Of a DNA stretch of 64,000 bases, positions 25,984-39,636 are shown piece after piece (positions within the stretch are counted from its first letter, which is position 1; each line of letters begins with the position of its first letter). A program made the position numbers and the translations under genes. Below the pieces are notes generated by a model, which did no database searches, was not told the origin of the DNA, and worked only from the letters and a program-made list of their open reading frames with translations. Source of the stretch: Psammoneis japonica. Taxonomy: Eukaryota. The DNA lies in contig QPGO01000007.1 of the NCBI GenBank assembly GCA_008632985.1, positions 124,001-188,000 on the forward strand, written 5' to 3'.

Positions 25984-28515
25984 ATGATGTCATCTGTTTC
26001 CCAGCAACAACAAGAAGAAGAGAGCATGAGTTTCAGTTCTGCAGGTTGTGGTGCAGCGGGAATGTTGTTGACTTGCACGAGCACGCGGTGCTCACCCCAT
26101 TTGCACAATGACAACCAGGAGGACAGGGAGCACAATGAGGATGCGGAGCTGATGGATTCGAGGAGGGACAAGCTTCCCAAAACTTGCCTGCATGGCATTC
26201 CCACCAGTGCCTCCACGGAAGCCTTTGCACTGGTGGCACATGACGATGCAGTGGAGCTCTTCCAGGGTGAGTTCGATCATGCCATTGAAACTTTGAAGAA
26301 AATGCCCTGCATGAAAGATTGCTTGAAACATCAGCTGCAGGAGGCTGATCACCTGTCTGCAATGCCCGCTGCTCTGGATGCATCGTCACTTGCTCAGGAC
26401 CAACAGGATTTTTGTTCATGTCTCCCGGATGATTTAAAAGATGCACACTTGAAACAACAAACCGAATGTTTGAAACAACAAACCAAAATGAAGATTTTCC
26501 ACACTCTCCACATGGTGCAAGTAAAAGCGGTGGACGTGAGGACGCAGCTCCTCAGTCTTGCTGGCCTGAGCCAGGCTGAGGGCAGCATTGCAACCACTGG
26601 TCAACATTCCACAAAGACTCAGAAAACTGAAACCAAACAAGATGCACCCAAGAGATTAGATGTTCCACTTGCCAAAACGCAGATTCTTTGCACCAGCACC
26701 CTTGACAACCTCAAAGATGTTGATTGTGTTGTGCCCAGTCTGCTAAATCAACATGCGAGTTCTGATGACACAAATGCAAAAGGAGCAGAGGAAGAACTCA
26801 AGAAAGCAGCAGGAGCTTTTCACAATCATCTGTCCAAAGCAAACTGCCTGGGGACCAACAAGAAGTTGAAGAGTGAAGAGACGAACGAAACGCAGTTGAA
26901 GAAAATGGAGATGGAGCAAGCAGAGAAAGGGCTCCAAACTTTGCGTCGTGTCATCAATGGGGAATTTGATCCTCGAAAAGAAGAGTTTGCACCAAAAGTG
27001 CCCACACAGAAGGGGGTGGAGGTGGGGTGCATGCAACCATTTCTTCAGATGCTGTTGCAAGCAATTGGTGGATGCTGGGGTGAATCCGTTCAGACTGAAG
27101 AGGAGCGGAGCCCTGCCAAAGGTCACGTCCGCAGGGAGGCACAAATTTCTGTAACTCAATGTCGACCCAAGCACAAAGTTGAATTTCTGCTGCAGAAGGA
27201 AGGAAGATGACAACCTGTCACACACGATGACATTCTGCCACTTGCGTTGGAAGCAAAGGTTGTGCTTAAACAGCTGAACGTGGCCAGAGACCAAATCATT
27301 TCCCAGCTGGCGAAATGTCTCTTCATGGCTTCAACTTTGCTGGACATGGTGTGCCATGTCACTTGACTGGCATTGTTGCTAACATGGCAGTTGTGAAGGC
27401 ATTGCATCTCCACCATGTAAATGTTGGGACACCTGATGCAAAGCTGGAGCTCTACGAATCCAAGAATTTGCCACTGATGACCCAGGAGAACTTCCTCAAA
27501 TGGGCCCAAAAAGGTGAGGATGTAGATTCATTCATGAAGGAGCTGCATGAGAAGGACAACTCACATGGAGTGGACAAAGACGGAGACAAGCACTTGATCC
27601 CCGATGGCATGCGGGTGCTTTTCAATCTGACAAAGAAGCCAAGTCTGCAGCTTCATGGCATGAGCGTTGACACCACAAGTGCTGTTTTGGGTTGTCACCT
27701 GGGCACAGGTGCAGCGGGTTTGGTTTTTAAGCACAGCAACAATGAGGAGTGCGCTGTGAAGGTGTCTTGGCATGGATTCACAAAGGACATGGAAAATGAG
27801 TTGAAGATTCTGAAATCGCTGCGCAACAAGCATCCAAACATTCCTCATGTTGTTGACGACAGCAACATCAAGGACCCCAAATTGGCCATTACATTGGGTT
27901 GTGTTGGTGCTTCTCTGCCTGCAACAGCAACAAGTCCAGCTGGCACACCGGCATCTGCCTGCTTCGCGCCGGATGCGACATTCTTTGACCACGATCTGAA
28001 GCTGGTCTACGATGGGCTGAGTGCTGCATTGCAGCATCTGGATGCCGTGGGGGTTGTTCAAGGTGATCTGGCTCCCAACAATGTTGTGTTTGCTCCTTCG
28101 GGTGGCGACAAGCCTGGAGCTGTTCTGATTGACCATTTCCATTGCCTGCAAGAAGGGTGAAACAATCAAGGGCTTTCGTGGGACACACAATTGCGCTCAC
28201 CAAAGCATGTGTCGGTCCGCTGTTGGTGGTTTTATTGTGAAGGCTGGACCAAAACATGACAAGGCAGGATTGGGATTCACTTTGGCCTTCTTTGCCAACC
28301 ACTGTGTACGAACATGGACCGATGCAGACTTTTCTTTGGTGTCAGAGAAGAAAAGAGAGGGAAGAGAGGAGAAGCTTGAGGAATTGGAGACGGCAATGGA
28401 CAAACGCCTGGAAGATGCCAAGGCTGCTGTGAACAATTGCTTGCTCAGAAAGGAAATTAGAGATCTTCTGGATTTTGATGGGATGAAAGAAGGTGAGGGC
28501 AGGGGCAGTGACTGA
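25984..28515 (+). pseudogene. Decayed gene with a C-terminal protein kinase domain (Crinkler/FunK1-like architecture possible)
   Basis: LGTGAAGLVFK, AVKVS, HPNIPHV, GVVQGDLAPNNV, AVLIDH, GFRGT. Broken across three frames and nearly Tyr-free. Confidence 0.7.
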
Positions 28516-29899
28516 CGACGCGCAAGAACAGACCAAGAAAAACTTGTTGTGGCACCGATTCGGACATTTTTCTAGAAAATTGTTGCTGCGCAGAATCTGT
28601 CCCATGGTGTCATGTTTGATCCAAGGAACTGAGTCTGAGAAAGACGGGAGAGGGGGTGGTTGCATCTGAAATGTTGGATTGTGTGAGGCCCGTGCACTGG
28701 GCAATTTTTTCACATTTGTGGCCATCTAAGAAGGAAAACGGAAAAAGGAGGGGATTGGACCATTCAACACACAGTCCACAACTCTTGTGTGACTGACATG
28801 CATTGTTGAACATGCAGATTTCACAGTTGCATGCAACAAACTGCAGTGCACAGCACAATGATGAGTGCAGCCGGTGTCGCTGCAAGCATTTGGACATCTC
28901 ATTGATTTTCCCGTGTCTTGTTTCCTTCTCAATGATGATTGCACAAAGCACCCCACAAGCTTGGCCCCATTGTGTGTCAATGAGAATTGTGGATTTGTGG
29001 TTTTGTCCAAAGAGTGCCAAAAAATCAATTGTGCGATGCTGGTCAGGCTGGCACTGTTTCGGCGCTTTCACCAATCTTCTCACTTGTTTCACCATTTAAC
29101 ATTCCAGCACTTTTCACAAGCATTTTCCTTGCAGAGTGCTTGCTTTGTTGTGGTCTTGTTGAGTGCCAAATGGGTGAGTGGATGCAACACCCCACCACAC
29201 AAATGCACTCACTCACCTCTCGTTTGCCCCAATCTTTGTCCATTGTGCTGCAGAAAATTCTGGGGCATGGAGCATTTTTTGTGGCAATCTGCAATCCACC
29301 ACTTTGGGGAAGAGTGGTGCTTTTGACAGCATTGTCAGCACCAAGAACAAGTGAGACCGCATTGCCATGAGTGTCAACCCACCACTTTTGGGAAGAGCAG
29401 CATTGCTGGCAAGCACCAGTGGTGAGTGCGACCAAATCACCCCAAGCAGGTGGAACAGGAGCACGCGGCAATTGAGGGGGTGGCATGATTCTTTTTTGGC
29501 ACATGTCAAAAGACTTGTAAATTTCAAATTCTCAGCACCATTCATCGCCATTTCCAGCACTGATCTTTTCAATTGCTGCATCTTTTCTTGGGGTTGCACC
29601 ATTTTGCACAGGTTGACCTGGAGTGTGCTTGCTCTAGAGTTGACAGATGGGGAAAGTGAGCTCTGCTTTGTCATCATTCAGCCATGCACACCCCACTGGC
29701 AACGGGGGTCAGCATTGGAGAAAGAGGCTCACGAGTCATCAGCATTGTGGAGCAGCCAGTTGGTGCAGGAGCAGGTGGCATTGCAGCAGCTGTGTGGCAC
29801 TGGAGCAGGCGGTGCAGGACACAACATGCTGCAAGCATGAGCAGGTGGCATTGCAGCATCTGGGCGGCATTGGAGCAGGTGGTGCAGTGCACAACAAGC

Positions 29900-32800
29900 T
29901 GCAAGCAGAGTCTAAGATGGTGCTGAATGCACCACATGCAATGTGACAGCAAGTTGTTTGTTTGTCATCTAACCATGCACACCCACTGGTGATGGGAAAG
30001 CCATCAAGGCATTTGTCTGCTGGGGTCATGCAGGTGTCATTTGCCTGAATGAACTTTTGCAGCTCCTTGTTGAATCTGGTCCCTTGGTGACATTCAGCAC
30101 ACACATCAAAAGATTTGTCCACACCACATTTTTGACATCTCCTTCTCACCTTTTGCTTGTTGTTCTTTCTGCTTGCTCCAGGAGGTGCTGTGTTTTGCAC
30201 TGGTTGATGTGGAACACAGTCTGAAGCATGCTTGCCGCTGGGAAGTTTGCCCATGAAACCATGAAAGGAAGCCCCACAACAGGCTCTTGCAATGGTGTCT
30301 CTGCATCCATGTGTGATCCACATTGTGATCATGCTCAGCTGTTGGAAGCAAGTCATCAGTGTCATCCGTGTTGTGGACATCATTGCCAGTTGGAAACCTT
30401 TGGTCATCTTCAAAAGCAGAGCGCAGCTTCGGATCATCCTCCGATGTCCTCTCTGATGCTGGCTCATCTCAATGAGCTGGTTCCACTGTTTCTGCCACCA
30501 ACAAAAGCAACCTCTGTTGTTCAAGATGGTCCTCTCAACTCCAGTCTCAAGTTCTTGTTCACCTCCTTCACTGGCAGAACAGTTGCCACAACATTCCCTT
30601 TCCTTCTGAACTCTTGCCAGTGCACCATGAGGTGAAATGCATTTTTGTAAGTCACATCAGTCACCAGTCTCTTTCCATCATCTTCATCCTTGACTGCTTG
30701 ATTCCAACAATTTGTCATCTCATCCCATTGAACGAATGAACAATTGTCAGCTTCAGTTTGTTGGCCAAGGCTTTGATGACTTGTGCAGCTGCGATGGAAA
30801 AATTGACTTCTGCAGGCAACTCCACTGGTTTGATGCCTCTTTTCCAACCCAGCTTCTTTGCAATCCAGGAGGCTGATGCAGGCAATTCTTGGCACTTGGA
30901 AAGAGATTGATCATCATTGGCATTGTCATCATCCAGGCTGCCATCTCCAAATGCATCAACAAGCTTTGTGATTTTGTCTTCAAGATTGCTCTCTTGGAGT
31001 GCACCCCAAATGCCAAACTCCTCCCCAGCATTTTTAAAGTCATCAGTCATCTCCCACTTTGAGTGTGGCTGCTTGAGCAGCTCTTCCCATGATGCCATTG
31101 CCTTGATTTCTTGCTCTGCCTCCCAGCCATCACAGCATTTGGCATGTTTGCTGGGTGGGCCAAGAATGCGCACACTGACATTGTGGTTCCAACAGTGAAA
31201 AAATTCATGCAGCAATGCAACAACAAGCCTGAGAGAGCAGTTGGGTGCTCGCAGCAGTTGTTGGACTTTTTGATGATGTCCTTCAAGTGCACTTGTTCCT
31301 TGAAGACATTTCAAATGCAGGATGCCATGTGAGTTGGTGCCAATCTGAACACAGCGCAACATCCTTTCAATGTTGCTGAGGCAACCCTTCCACATGTGAT
31401 GAAGCACAGACTTGCAGAGATTCCAGGTTTTCTTTTAAAAGAGTGGCTTCTTGGTCTGTGTGTCCAGCACATTAGCAAGAAGATTCATGAGCTTTGTGAA
31501 TTCTCTCTCCAACTCTTTTGGGCCTGGCACTGCATGACAGACCCATTTTCAGAAAAACTTCCAGGGCAAGGCGTTCATGTCATCTTCACTGAGTCCACTC
31601 TTTTGCAATGCTTCCTCAACAAACTTGATGTCAGTCTGATGAGGAACAAAAAAGACATCTGACAGTCAAGCCATGAACACCAAAAAGGTGCAGCAGCTTT
31701 TTGAGATGACCCTCCCAAGCCAAATGAAAATGTGTTTGATGTCTTGCTTCACATGAAACCGATGGGGTGTTCCCGCTTGTTGTTGGTCTTCACATTCATC
31801 ATCACACTCTCCCATGTCATCAATTTCTTCATTTTCTTCATTCTCCATTCCAGGTGGTGGCATGGCAGCAGGCAGGACAGAAGAATCGTTGTTGGTTTCT
31901 TCACTGCTGTCCGACATTTGCTCTTGTTTTTTTCTTGTGTGTGTTTTGAATGCAACTGCATTGCACTGACTCATGAAGACAACCTGCAAGTTCCTCAATT
32001 CCCACACAATTTCATTTGTGCCATCTGCAGCAATCTCCTCAATGCACTTCTTGTCCATTTTTGGAACAGCTGCAGAAGGCCGCTTGGCGGTGTTGAGTCA
32101 AACTTTAACAGCCGTGGGATCAACTGCAACACCAAAGGGAGTCACTGATTCTGCTGGGCCCACATGGTTTGCTTCTGCAGCTGCCACAGATTTGTTGGAT
32201 GTGTGCAGCAATGTCTTGTCATTTTCCTCAAGATCCTTTGCATCTGGGGGGGATCAACACATGGCATGGCCGCTGTTTTCAAGCATGCCATCATTTGCAC
32301 ACAAGAATCAACAGCAGCACAATGACAATGCTTGTCATCAATGTGGGATCCTTTCCAATCAAACAAACTCAGTCTGTTGTCTTTTTTGACTCCACTGCCA
32401 AAAGGATCCTTTGCAATGTCATCAAGACCAACCGTTGCCCTTTTCCACAATGCCTTGTTCCTTTGCCATGTTCTGCAGGTTTGCTGCATTGGCCAATGAT
32501 GTCCCAATCTGTGCAAGCTTCCTTTTGTCTGCATCAATCTTGGAGGCAACTTTCTTCACATCTGTCAACTCCAAGAGAAGCTTGAGCCTGTCAGGAAATG
32601 GCAAAATGGCAACACAAAAATGCAATTCTCCAAATCAGGCAAGGCAGCTTGAACAGTGTGTGGGCCACCTTTGGCCCCAACTGTCCACTCTGTGTCAACA
32701 GACAATGCTTTTTGTGGCAAATGCATGCCAGCAGCCCCTGCATGTGTTTCTAGCACACACCTTCTTGCAGCGATGTTGCTTTTCTCAAACAGAGCACTCA

Positions 32801-35130
32801 GCTGGGTCTCCCAAGACCATTCTGCCCATTTCAACCAATGGCACACCCTTGTTTCAGCATGTCAAACAGTGTTTCTGAGTGGCTGGAAAATGACTGGCAT
32901 CAACTCCTTGTGGTTTGCATGCTCATCAATCTTCTTCATAATTTTCTGCAGATTCAAGAAATTTTCCACATGGACTGCAGTGCAAATTCTACGTGCATCA
33001 GCATCGACCACCAATGAATGCTGTGTCAATGCTTCAAACTGCTTGCACCCATGCCCATCGGTCCACAACTGCCTTCTTTGTCTCCATTGGCAAATCAAGT
33101 GCTTCACTTTATTTGGTGAAAGCACCTCCTTTGTTTTGGTGCTGATGAGCACAAAAGTGAGTCATCCTTTGGCACCAAGCAACGATCATCCTTTTGTTGC
33201 ATGCATTGGCATTTCCATGCAAGATCCAGCATGGTTTCTACACAAGACAAATGTTTTTTCTGATGACCAACATGGTCCATTTTCATGGCTTTCCTGTTTC
33301 ATGCCTGCAAGTCCTGTGCTTCCTTGCTTCTGTCTGCTGGCCAATCAAGCTCACTGCTTTGAGTGGTGATCTTGCTGTTCTTGCTGTGGTTCTTCAAGGT
33401 GTGCAAATGAGATGCCTCATGATGCCAGCTGGCATCTGTTGCTGAAACAAAATCCAGGGTCCCCTTTGGCTTCCTTTGTGGCTCTTGTTGATTGTTTTTT
33501 TCAAGTGCAACTGTCCTCTGTGGTTGTGGTGCAATGAACGTGTGCATCACCAGCAATGCTGCAGCAAACACCAAGTGTCATTTGCTCTGTTTCAACTGTT
33601 TCCGACACAGGCATCCTCTGCCAAGGGTGCCAATTTTAGCCAATCACATGAGCTTCTGCCCTCCTCAAAGAGTGCGCTGGAAGTGTGGGTCAGCTGGTGC
33701 TGGTGTTGCTGGGCAAAGGTGCAGCGGCACTTTGAACTGGGTTTGGGTTTTTTGTGTCAACAGACAATGCATTCCAATTGTTTTCAGCACATTTGGCTGT
33801 GGCATTGGCAACTTGTTTGGTGGAGAATGTGATTGGTGGTTTGGCAATGTCAAGACACTCAACAAATTTGAATCCCTTTTGAGGCTGGTTTGCACTGCTT
33901 TCACCTTGTGGCTCCACAGATGGCAGATGCTGCATCACCAGAGATGGCACAAGACGGGTTCCAGTCCCAGGTGGGACCGTGTGACATTGGGCCCGTAGAA
34001 TTCTACGTGCGAGCTCCGCAGTGCGAGAATTTAATCAATGGACATGTTTGTCTTCAACATCAAATAAACGGCCAAGTTTGTGGTGCAAATGTGCCTCTTG
34101 CCACTTGACGTTTTTGCAAATGCACCTGCCCTGCGCGATTCTTAAAAGACATTGTAGAATCGCGCTGCAACAAAAAATGTCAAAAGTTGTTGGACGGATC
34201 GCCAAGTGTGCCGTAAAATGACACAAAATGTCGAAAAAATCACGCAGAAATCTGCGTGCGCGACATGCGACGTGATTCAAAAAACCATCGATGTCACAGT
34301 TCAGCAGTGCGAGGTCCCACCTGCCAGTGGACCTGGAGCGCATCACAATCCATTTCTTCTTCTGTCTCTAGAACAAAGGAATGGAACATGGGTTCCTTGC
34401 CATTTTGTTTCTGTCTCCTTTGCAGAACAAGTGCTTGCATCAGCAACTGTCCATCGTGAAAACAACCAAGCCTTTAAAACCATGCATTCTGTGCCATCTG
34501 TTGAGACCATGCAGGCCATCCTCAACCTCCAATGAGGTTGCGCCAGTGACCAGTCGGAGCAACAGTGCACGGCCAAACTTGCTCACAACCATGTGCAACC
34601 CAATTGAGCCTCTTTTGTTCTCAATCAGAGCGACCTTTCCAATTTTGACAAAATGGTCCCCAGAAAGGAAAAGGCCACCATTCATTGTCATTTTGTGGCG
34701 ACAGTGATTTCTGACACCGTTGCTTCCAATGGGTGCACTGGGGAGGGCCCTTGCATTTCCAACCTCTTGTTGTCAAAGTTGAGGTGCAAACTTTGCTGCT
34801 CAACTTGACTGTCCCTTTTGACCAAGTTGTGAGCAAAAGCAATGCATCCTTGCGACATTTTTGCCTTCGTGGCATGAGTCTGCTTGCCATTGAAAAATTT
34901 GGAGGGAACAATTGTTGAAAATTGTGGCAACAGGCATCTTTCAAAAATGACCCGTGATGCAAAACCCCTGTGTTGCTCAAGGATGCAAGCAGAACATGCA
35001 CTTTTTTTGCCAAAACTGCACGCGCTGCAAGGCTCTGCTTTTGCCTTGCTTGTTTTTGTGACAACATGACACAAGAACAATTGCTTGCATCACAAATGAC
35101 ATGTTGCGTTCTGCAGATGAGCTGCCACAT
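29900..35130 (-). mobile_element. Decayed large DDE-type transposase with an embedded 3'-5' exonuclease-like segment, interrupted by MITE copy 2
   Basis: LSGDHFVKIGK (~34660), VKQDIKH (~31745), KCLQGTSALEGHHQK (~31290) fit a D/DxxH/E pattern. RLSLFDW...CAAVDSC (~32330) resembles the RLSxW...YAAxDAY DEDDy motif. Confidence 0.5.
33953..34344 (-). mobile_element. MITE copy 2 (least mutated)
   Basis: gacgggttccagtcccaggtgggac ... gtcccacctg(ccagt)ggacctggagcgcatc, flanked by acaa/acaa. Retains several TpA and CpG. Confidence 0.8.
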
Positions 35131-35212
35131 CATGTTTCACCTCATCTTTTTGATGCACATCAAATTCAAAATTGATGCCATGGACTGCACCAAGCGTTGT
35201 GATGATGGGTTG

Positions 35213-35672
35213 TGCAGCATGCATGCAGACAAAAGGTTGTTTTTGTCACGCCCTTTGTGACATTTAAAGGCTGTAACACGTCGCCGTGATACATTAACTC
35301 TTGTTAGTAGCTGCACATTGCACTCCTCCCCATGTGTCACGCGTCCATGCGGCTCTTTACTAACGTGTGCTGACACTGCACGGTTTTGGCTGAACAGTGT
35401 GGGTACGCACGAAGGAACATGCAGAACTGCACTGAGTTTTTTTTTTTTTTTACGCGTTCGACAGTGATCAACGTTGCTGCAGACAACTCCCACTCAGGGT
35501 TTCGAACCCCTGGCCTCCTGCCTGATGGTTGCGAGATGAACCACTCCGCTGTGAATTCACAATGCAGCATGCATGCAGACAAAAGGTTGTTTTTGTCACG
35601 CCCTTTGTGACATTTAAAGGCTGCAACACGTCGCCGTGGTGCATTGACTCTTGTCAGTGGCTGCATGTTGCA
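35213..35672 (+). repeat. 110-bp direct repeat (35213-35322 and 35563-35672)
   Basis: Identical first ~60 bp (tgcagcatgcatgcagacaaaaggttg...); 8 substitutions in total. Confidence 0.95.
35437..35557 (-). mobile_element. Probable tRNA-derived SINE or tRNA retrocopy
   Basis: Minus strand has box A-like CAGCGGAGTGG, box B GGTTCGAAACC at tRNA-like spacing, a short body and then A15. Confidence 0.55.
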
Positions 35673-37239
35673 GTTGGCAAAAATCATCATGGAAGGGTTC
35701 AAAAGCACCATTGTGTGTGTTGCCTGATTGGATGATCTGGGAGATCAGAGGCAGCGCCAAGGCTGCAGCCTGGTTGTCTGTTTGTGTGTGGTTGAAAGAT
35801 TGGGTGCAAACTTGGATGTGTTTGGACAGGTCCATCATCCCAAAAGTCAAGTGCTTGGTTTCAGTGCACTTTCATTTTGAAGAATCGCTGTTTGGGGTGG
35901 ATCTGACTGTTGCCAGCATCTGATCAGGCACACCAACAGTGCAGTGATTTCAGCCAGCATCCACTGAAAATGGCACAAAACACTGCAACCAAAGAATCTG
36001 GCATCTCTGCCTTTTGACAGTTTTTCTTTGCCCAATCTGCTCAGAATCTCTCAGATGAAAAAAGAAAATGTGTGGGTTTCTGCACATTTCTGGCACAAAA
36101 AAGAATCAATTTTTGCAACATGCTGCTGCTGGCTAAAAAAAAAAGAATCAATTGTTGCAATGTGCTGCTGACCACTGATGAGACCAAAGCAACTTCAAAC
36201 TTGCCCCCAAAAGGCACACCCAATCCATTTTGAGCAGCTCTGATGCTGGAAGAGAACCTGGCTGCACCGGTGCTGCACAGGGGTGCAACAAAACAAGCCG
36301 CAATCAGCAGCCAACCAGAGTCACAAGAAAATGTGGCTGTGCACACCCACTGTGCCAAACAAGCTCATGACAGAGCATCAACATGCAGAAGGTGTCTTTT
36401 TTGTGGTTGCGGTCTTTTGTGAACATGAGTTTCGAAGTTGCTTGTTGCCAACTCACAGTTGGTTCTTGGCTCACCATTGTTTCTTTTGCAGCAAATGTGT
36501 GGAAATGACAAGATGAGAGTTTGGAAATGCCAAGTCAGCCAGCACACTGCTTGGCACAAATTGTGCTCCTGAACATGCATGGAGACAGCAGTTGGGGCAG
36601 CAAAGCCAAGTGCCGCCAGATGAAATGGAGGAAGACTTGGAAATGGCGACCACTCAGTTTTGGACATTCGAATGATTTGAAATGACTTGAATGAATCATC
36701 AAGTCATTAAGATTTTGTGTGTGTGTCTGCAGTTGGTCAATTTCTAATTTTTTGTCGTGTCAATGCGATCTTGTTAAGATGAAAATTTTCACACTCTGGC
36801 TGCCACACACCTTTTTTTCAATGTGTTTGGGCTTCAATCTCCACAATCTGCTTCATGCCCTCACAACCACATTTTTGTTTTGGTGTGTTGCAACAGTGCT
36901 GTCAAACAATGCAAGAACAACCCTTGTGGAGGTGGTGATGGCCATCCTTGTGCTGCCAACTGCTCTGATGCTGGTGTTGCTCTTGGCCACCATCACGGAG
37001 ATTGGCACACATGCACCATTGACACATCTCAAGCTCCGCCTCAGACACAAAAGTGCAGCAGGGGCTGCAGCACCAGTTGACAACCCAGCAACCACTGCCA
37101 CTGCTGCTGCCTCCATCAACAACACAGCTGCCACCAAGGCTGCCAATGACCCTGGCCATCCACAGCCACTTGACAAAAAAAAAAGATCTCAAATTTCTTG
37201 TGCACTGCCACGTCATTGCAGTGGTTGTTGCTGGCTCCT

Positions 37240-38135
37240 CTGGGAACCAATGGAGTCACCAGAAGCCATCACAGCCAAGACAACTGAGCACTTGCACTGT
37301 GTCACAGATGGCTCACTTGTCTTGGCAGGTGTGGTGGCAGGGCCAAACCAAGCAAAGCAAGCCAGTCACATCGGAAAGAGAAGGGCCTGCATTGTCCAAA
37401 GACAAGGCTTTTCCTTCCCAACCATTGTTGTTGTTGTTGCCTCCACTGTCCCCCCATGGAGTCACCAAAATCCATCCAAAGACAAGTGAACACTTTTTGT
37501 GCTGCTTCCCAGACAGTCCCCTGCTCTTTGCAGCTTGGTTGGCCACTGGTGGACCAAACCCAGTCATGACAGAGCAACAAGGTGCTGCACTGACACAAGA
37601 CAAGGCCTTTGCTTCTCAGCTGTTGTTGTTGCTCTAGATCCTCTGGGGGACCCAGTGGAGTCACCAAAAGCCATCCCAAGACAACTGGGCACTTGTCTCA
37701 GCCGGTGGGGTGGCTGGGCCAAACCAAGTCAAGCAAGAGAGACAACAAGGGGCTACAGCAACACAAGACAAGGCCTTTGCTCCCTGACTTTTGTTGTTGA
37801 TTTGTCCCCTGGGACTCACTGGAGTTGTCCAAGGCCATTCCAAGACAAGTGAGCACTTGCATTGTCGTGCAGAGGGCGGGTTCCCTTGTCTCTGCAGATT
37901 GGCTGGTTGCTCGGGCTCAACCCTGTCATGTCAGAAAGAAAAGGGGCTGTGTTTGCACAAGAAGGCAAGGCCTTTGCTCCCTGGCCTGACTCTTGTTGTG
38001 GTTGTTGTTGTGTTTCCTGAGACCCAATGGAGTCATCCAAGGCCATTGCAAGACAAGTGAGCACTTGTGTTGTCATGCAGAGGGTTCCCTTGTCTCCGCA
38101 GATTGGCTGGCTGGGCCAAACCCTGTCATGTCACA
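37240..38135 (+). repeat. Diverged tandem array, 5 units of ~165-210 bp
   Basis: tggagtca(c/t)c..a.gccat...aagacaa.tg.gcactt recurs at ~37250, 37457, 37656, 37820, 38027. Confidence 0.8.
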
Positions 38136-39636
38136 AAGACCGCTGCTCTGCCAAATTGCATGTGCACTTTGCTGCTCCCCACCCCAAACAACCCCCTTCT
38201 TTTCCCACCTGCATGACTCAGTTTTGTCATCCCATTGCAGCATCTGTCATCCAGCGCACTGTGCCTCCAGCAGGGGACATGTGCACACTCTCTCTTTGCT
38301 GGAGCAGTGGCGGCACCATGTGTTGCACACAACCATTTGCCAGTTCTGCCTTCTTTTGCATTGCTGCCTGTTTGTTGCTGCATGCTCTGGCCTGAGTTCA
38401 ACATGTCCCAAGTGACATTTTGTCATGGCAGAGCAATGTTGTTTGTCAAGGTGAGCAACAAATGGCGCAGCTGCTGCTTGTTTGTCTCAGCAACAATTTT
38501 CATTTGTGATCATGACAATTTTGCCTGTTGGTGCATTTGCTGCACTCCTTGGTCTTTTCTGCATGATTGTTTCTGTGTGCAGATTAGATGCCATCTTCAT
38601 GTCACTGTTGTTCCATGGAACTTCAATGTGGTTGTTCATTGTGAAACAATTGAACTTTCTGGTCAGCCCACACTTGCGCAGTTCCCCCATGCATGTTTGC
38701 ACCTGATCATCAAATCTGTGATCTGGCATGTTTTTGCGTGCTTTTCTGGCATGTCTCATTTCCTTTCACAACCCCTTGCCTCTGCTTGTGCAAACAAATG
38801 TGCTGCTGCAGAAGCAGAGTCCACTCTGGGAGGACTGAGTGGAAGAGATCAACTCTTCCTCAGCAGCACACAAGAAGCCTTGGAGACTTTGTGCTTCTCT
38901 CAGATTTGCTTCTTCTGTGTCGCCATCTGCTGAGGAGAATTGTGGGGTTTGGTGAAAGAAGCTTTGGCATTTTTTGGTCATGAAGGGTGACTGTGAGTCC
39001 ATGGCAATGCTCCTTGCTCATCCACCAGCTGGCTTCAAGTGCCTCACTGTTTTGCCAGCCTCCCTGCAGGATTTTGTTGTTTGTCATTGCAAGCCATTCA
39101 ATCAGCCATTGAAGTCATCCTTCACAGACTCTGTGGCTTCTGACCCTGTTGTTGACATCAATGGTGACACCCCAACATTTGTGCCTCTTTGGCAATCCTT
39201 GGTTGCAAGCTTGGAACAAATGGCAAGCACAGAGAATGACACAAAGATCTTGTCAGGTCATGGTGTGAGAGGACAAACACACTGCCAGGGGGCATGAGGC
39301 CAACAAATCAAAGTCCTCTCTCTCTTTCCTTCTGACTTTTGAGGCATGCATGGGTTTGAGATTTGCAAAACCTCAGTTGGCTGCATTCATGATTTTGCCA
39401 CATTTGCTCAGGTCTTGGCAGTCATTCACATTGCAGCCAGATTTGATGGCTGCCAAGACATTCATGTGGAAGACATTGAATTGTTGTTTGAAAACTGGAG
39501 GATGACAGCTTCCTTTTTTGTTGTCAACCTTGTCTTTGGATTTAAAGAAAAGATGCCAGTGGTGATTGGTTTTCTGCATGATCAAGCCAGGATGAGACAC
39601 CCCAACTTTGTCTGCTGAGAGGCACTTGTTGGTTTG

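Noticed and set aside
35488..35557. Functional tRNA gene
   Set aside because: Acceptor and anticodon stems do not pair convincingly, and a poly(A) tail follows.
37240..38135. Regularly spaced repeats as a CRISPR array (also 49240-49910)
   Set aside because: Whole units are homologous with no unique spacers, there are no cas genes, and the context is eukaryotic.
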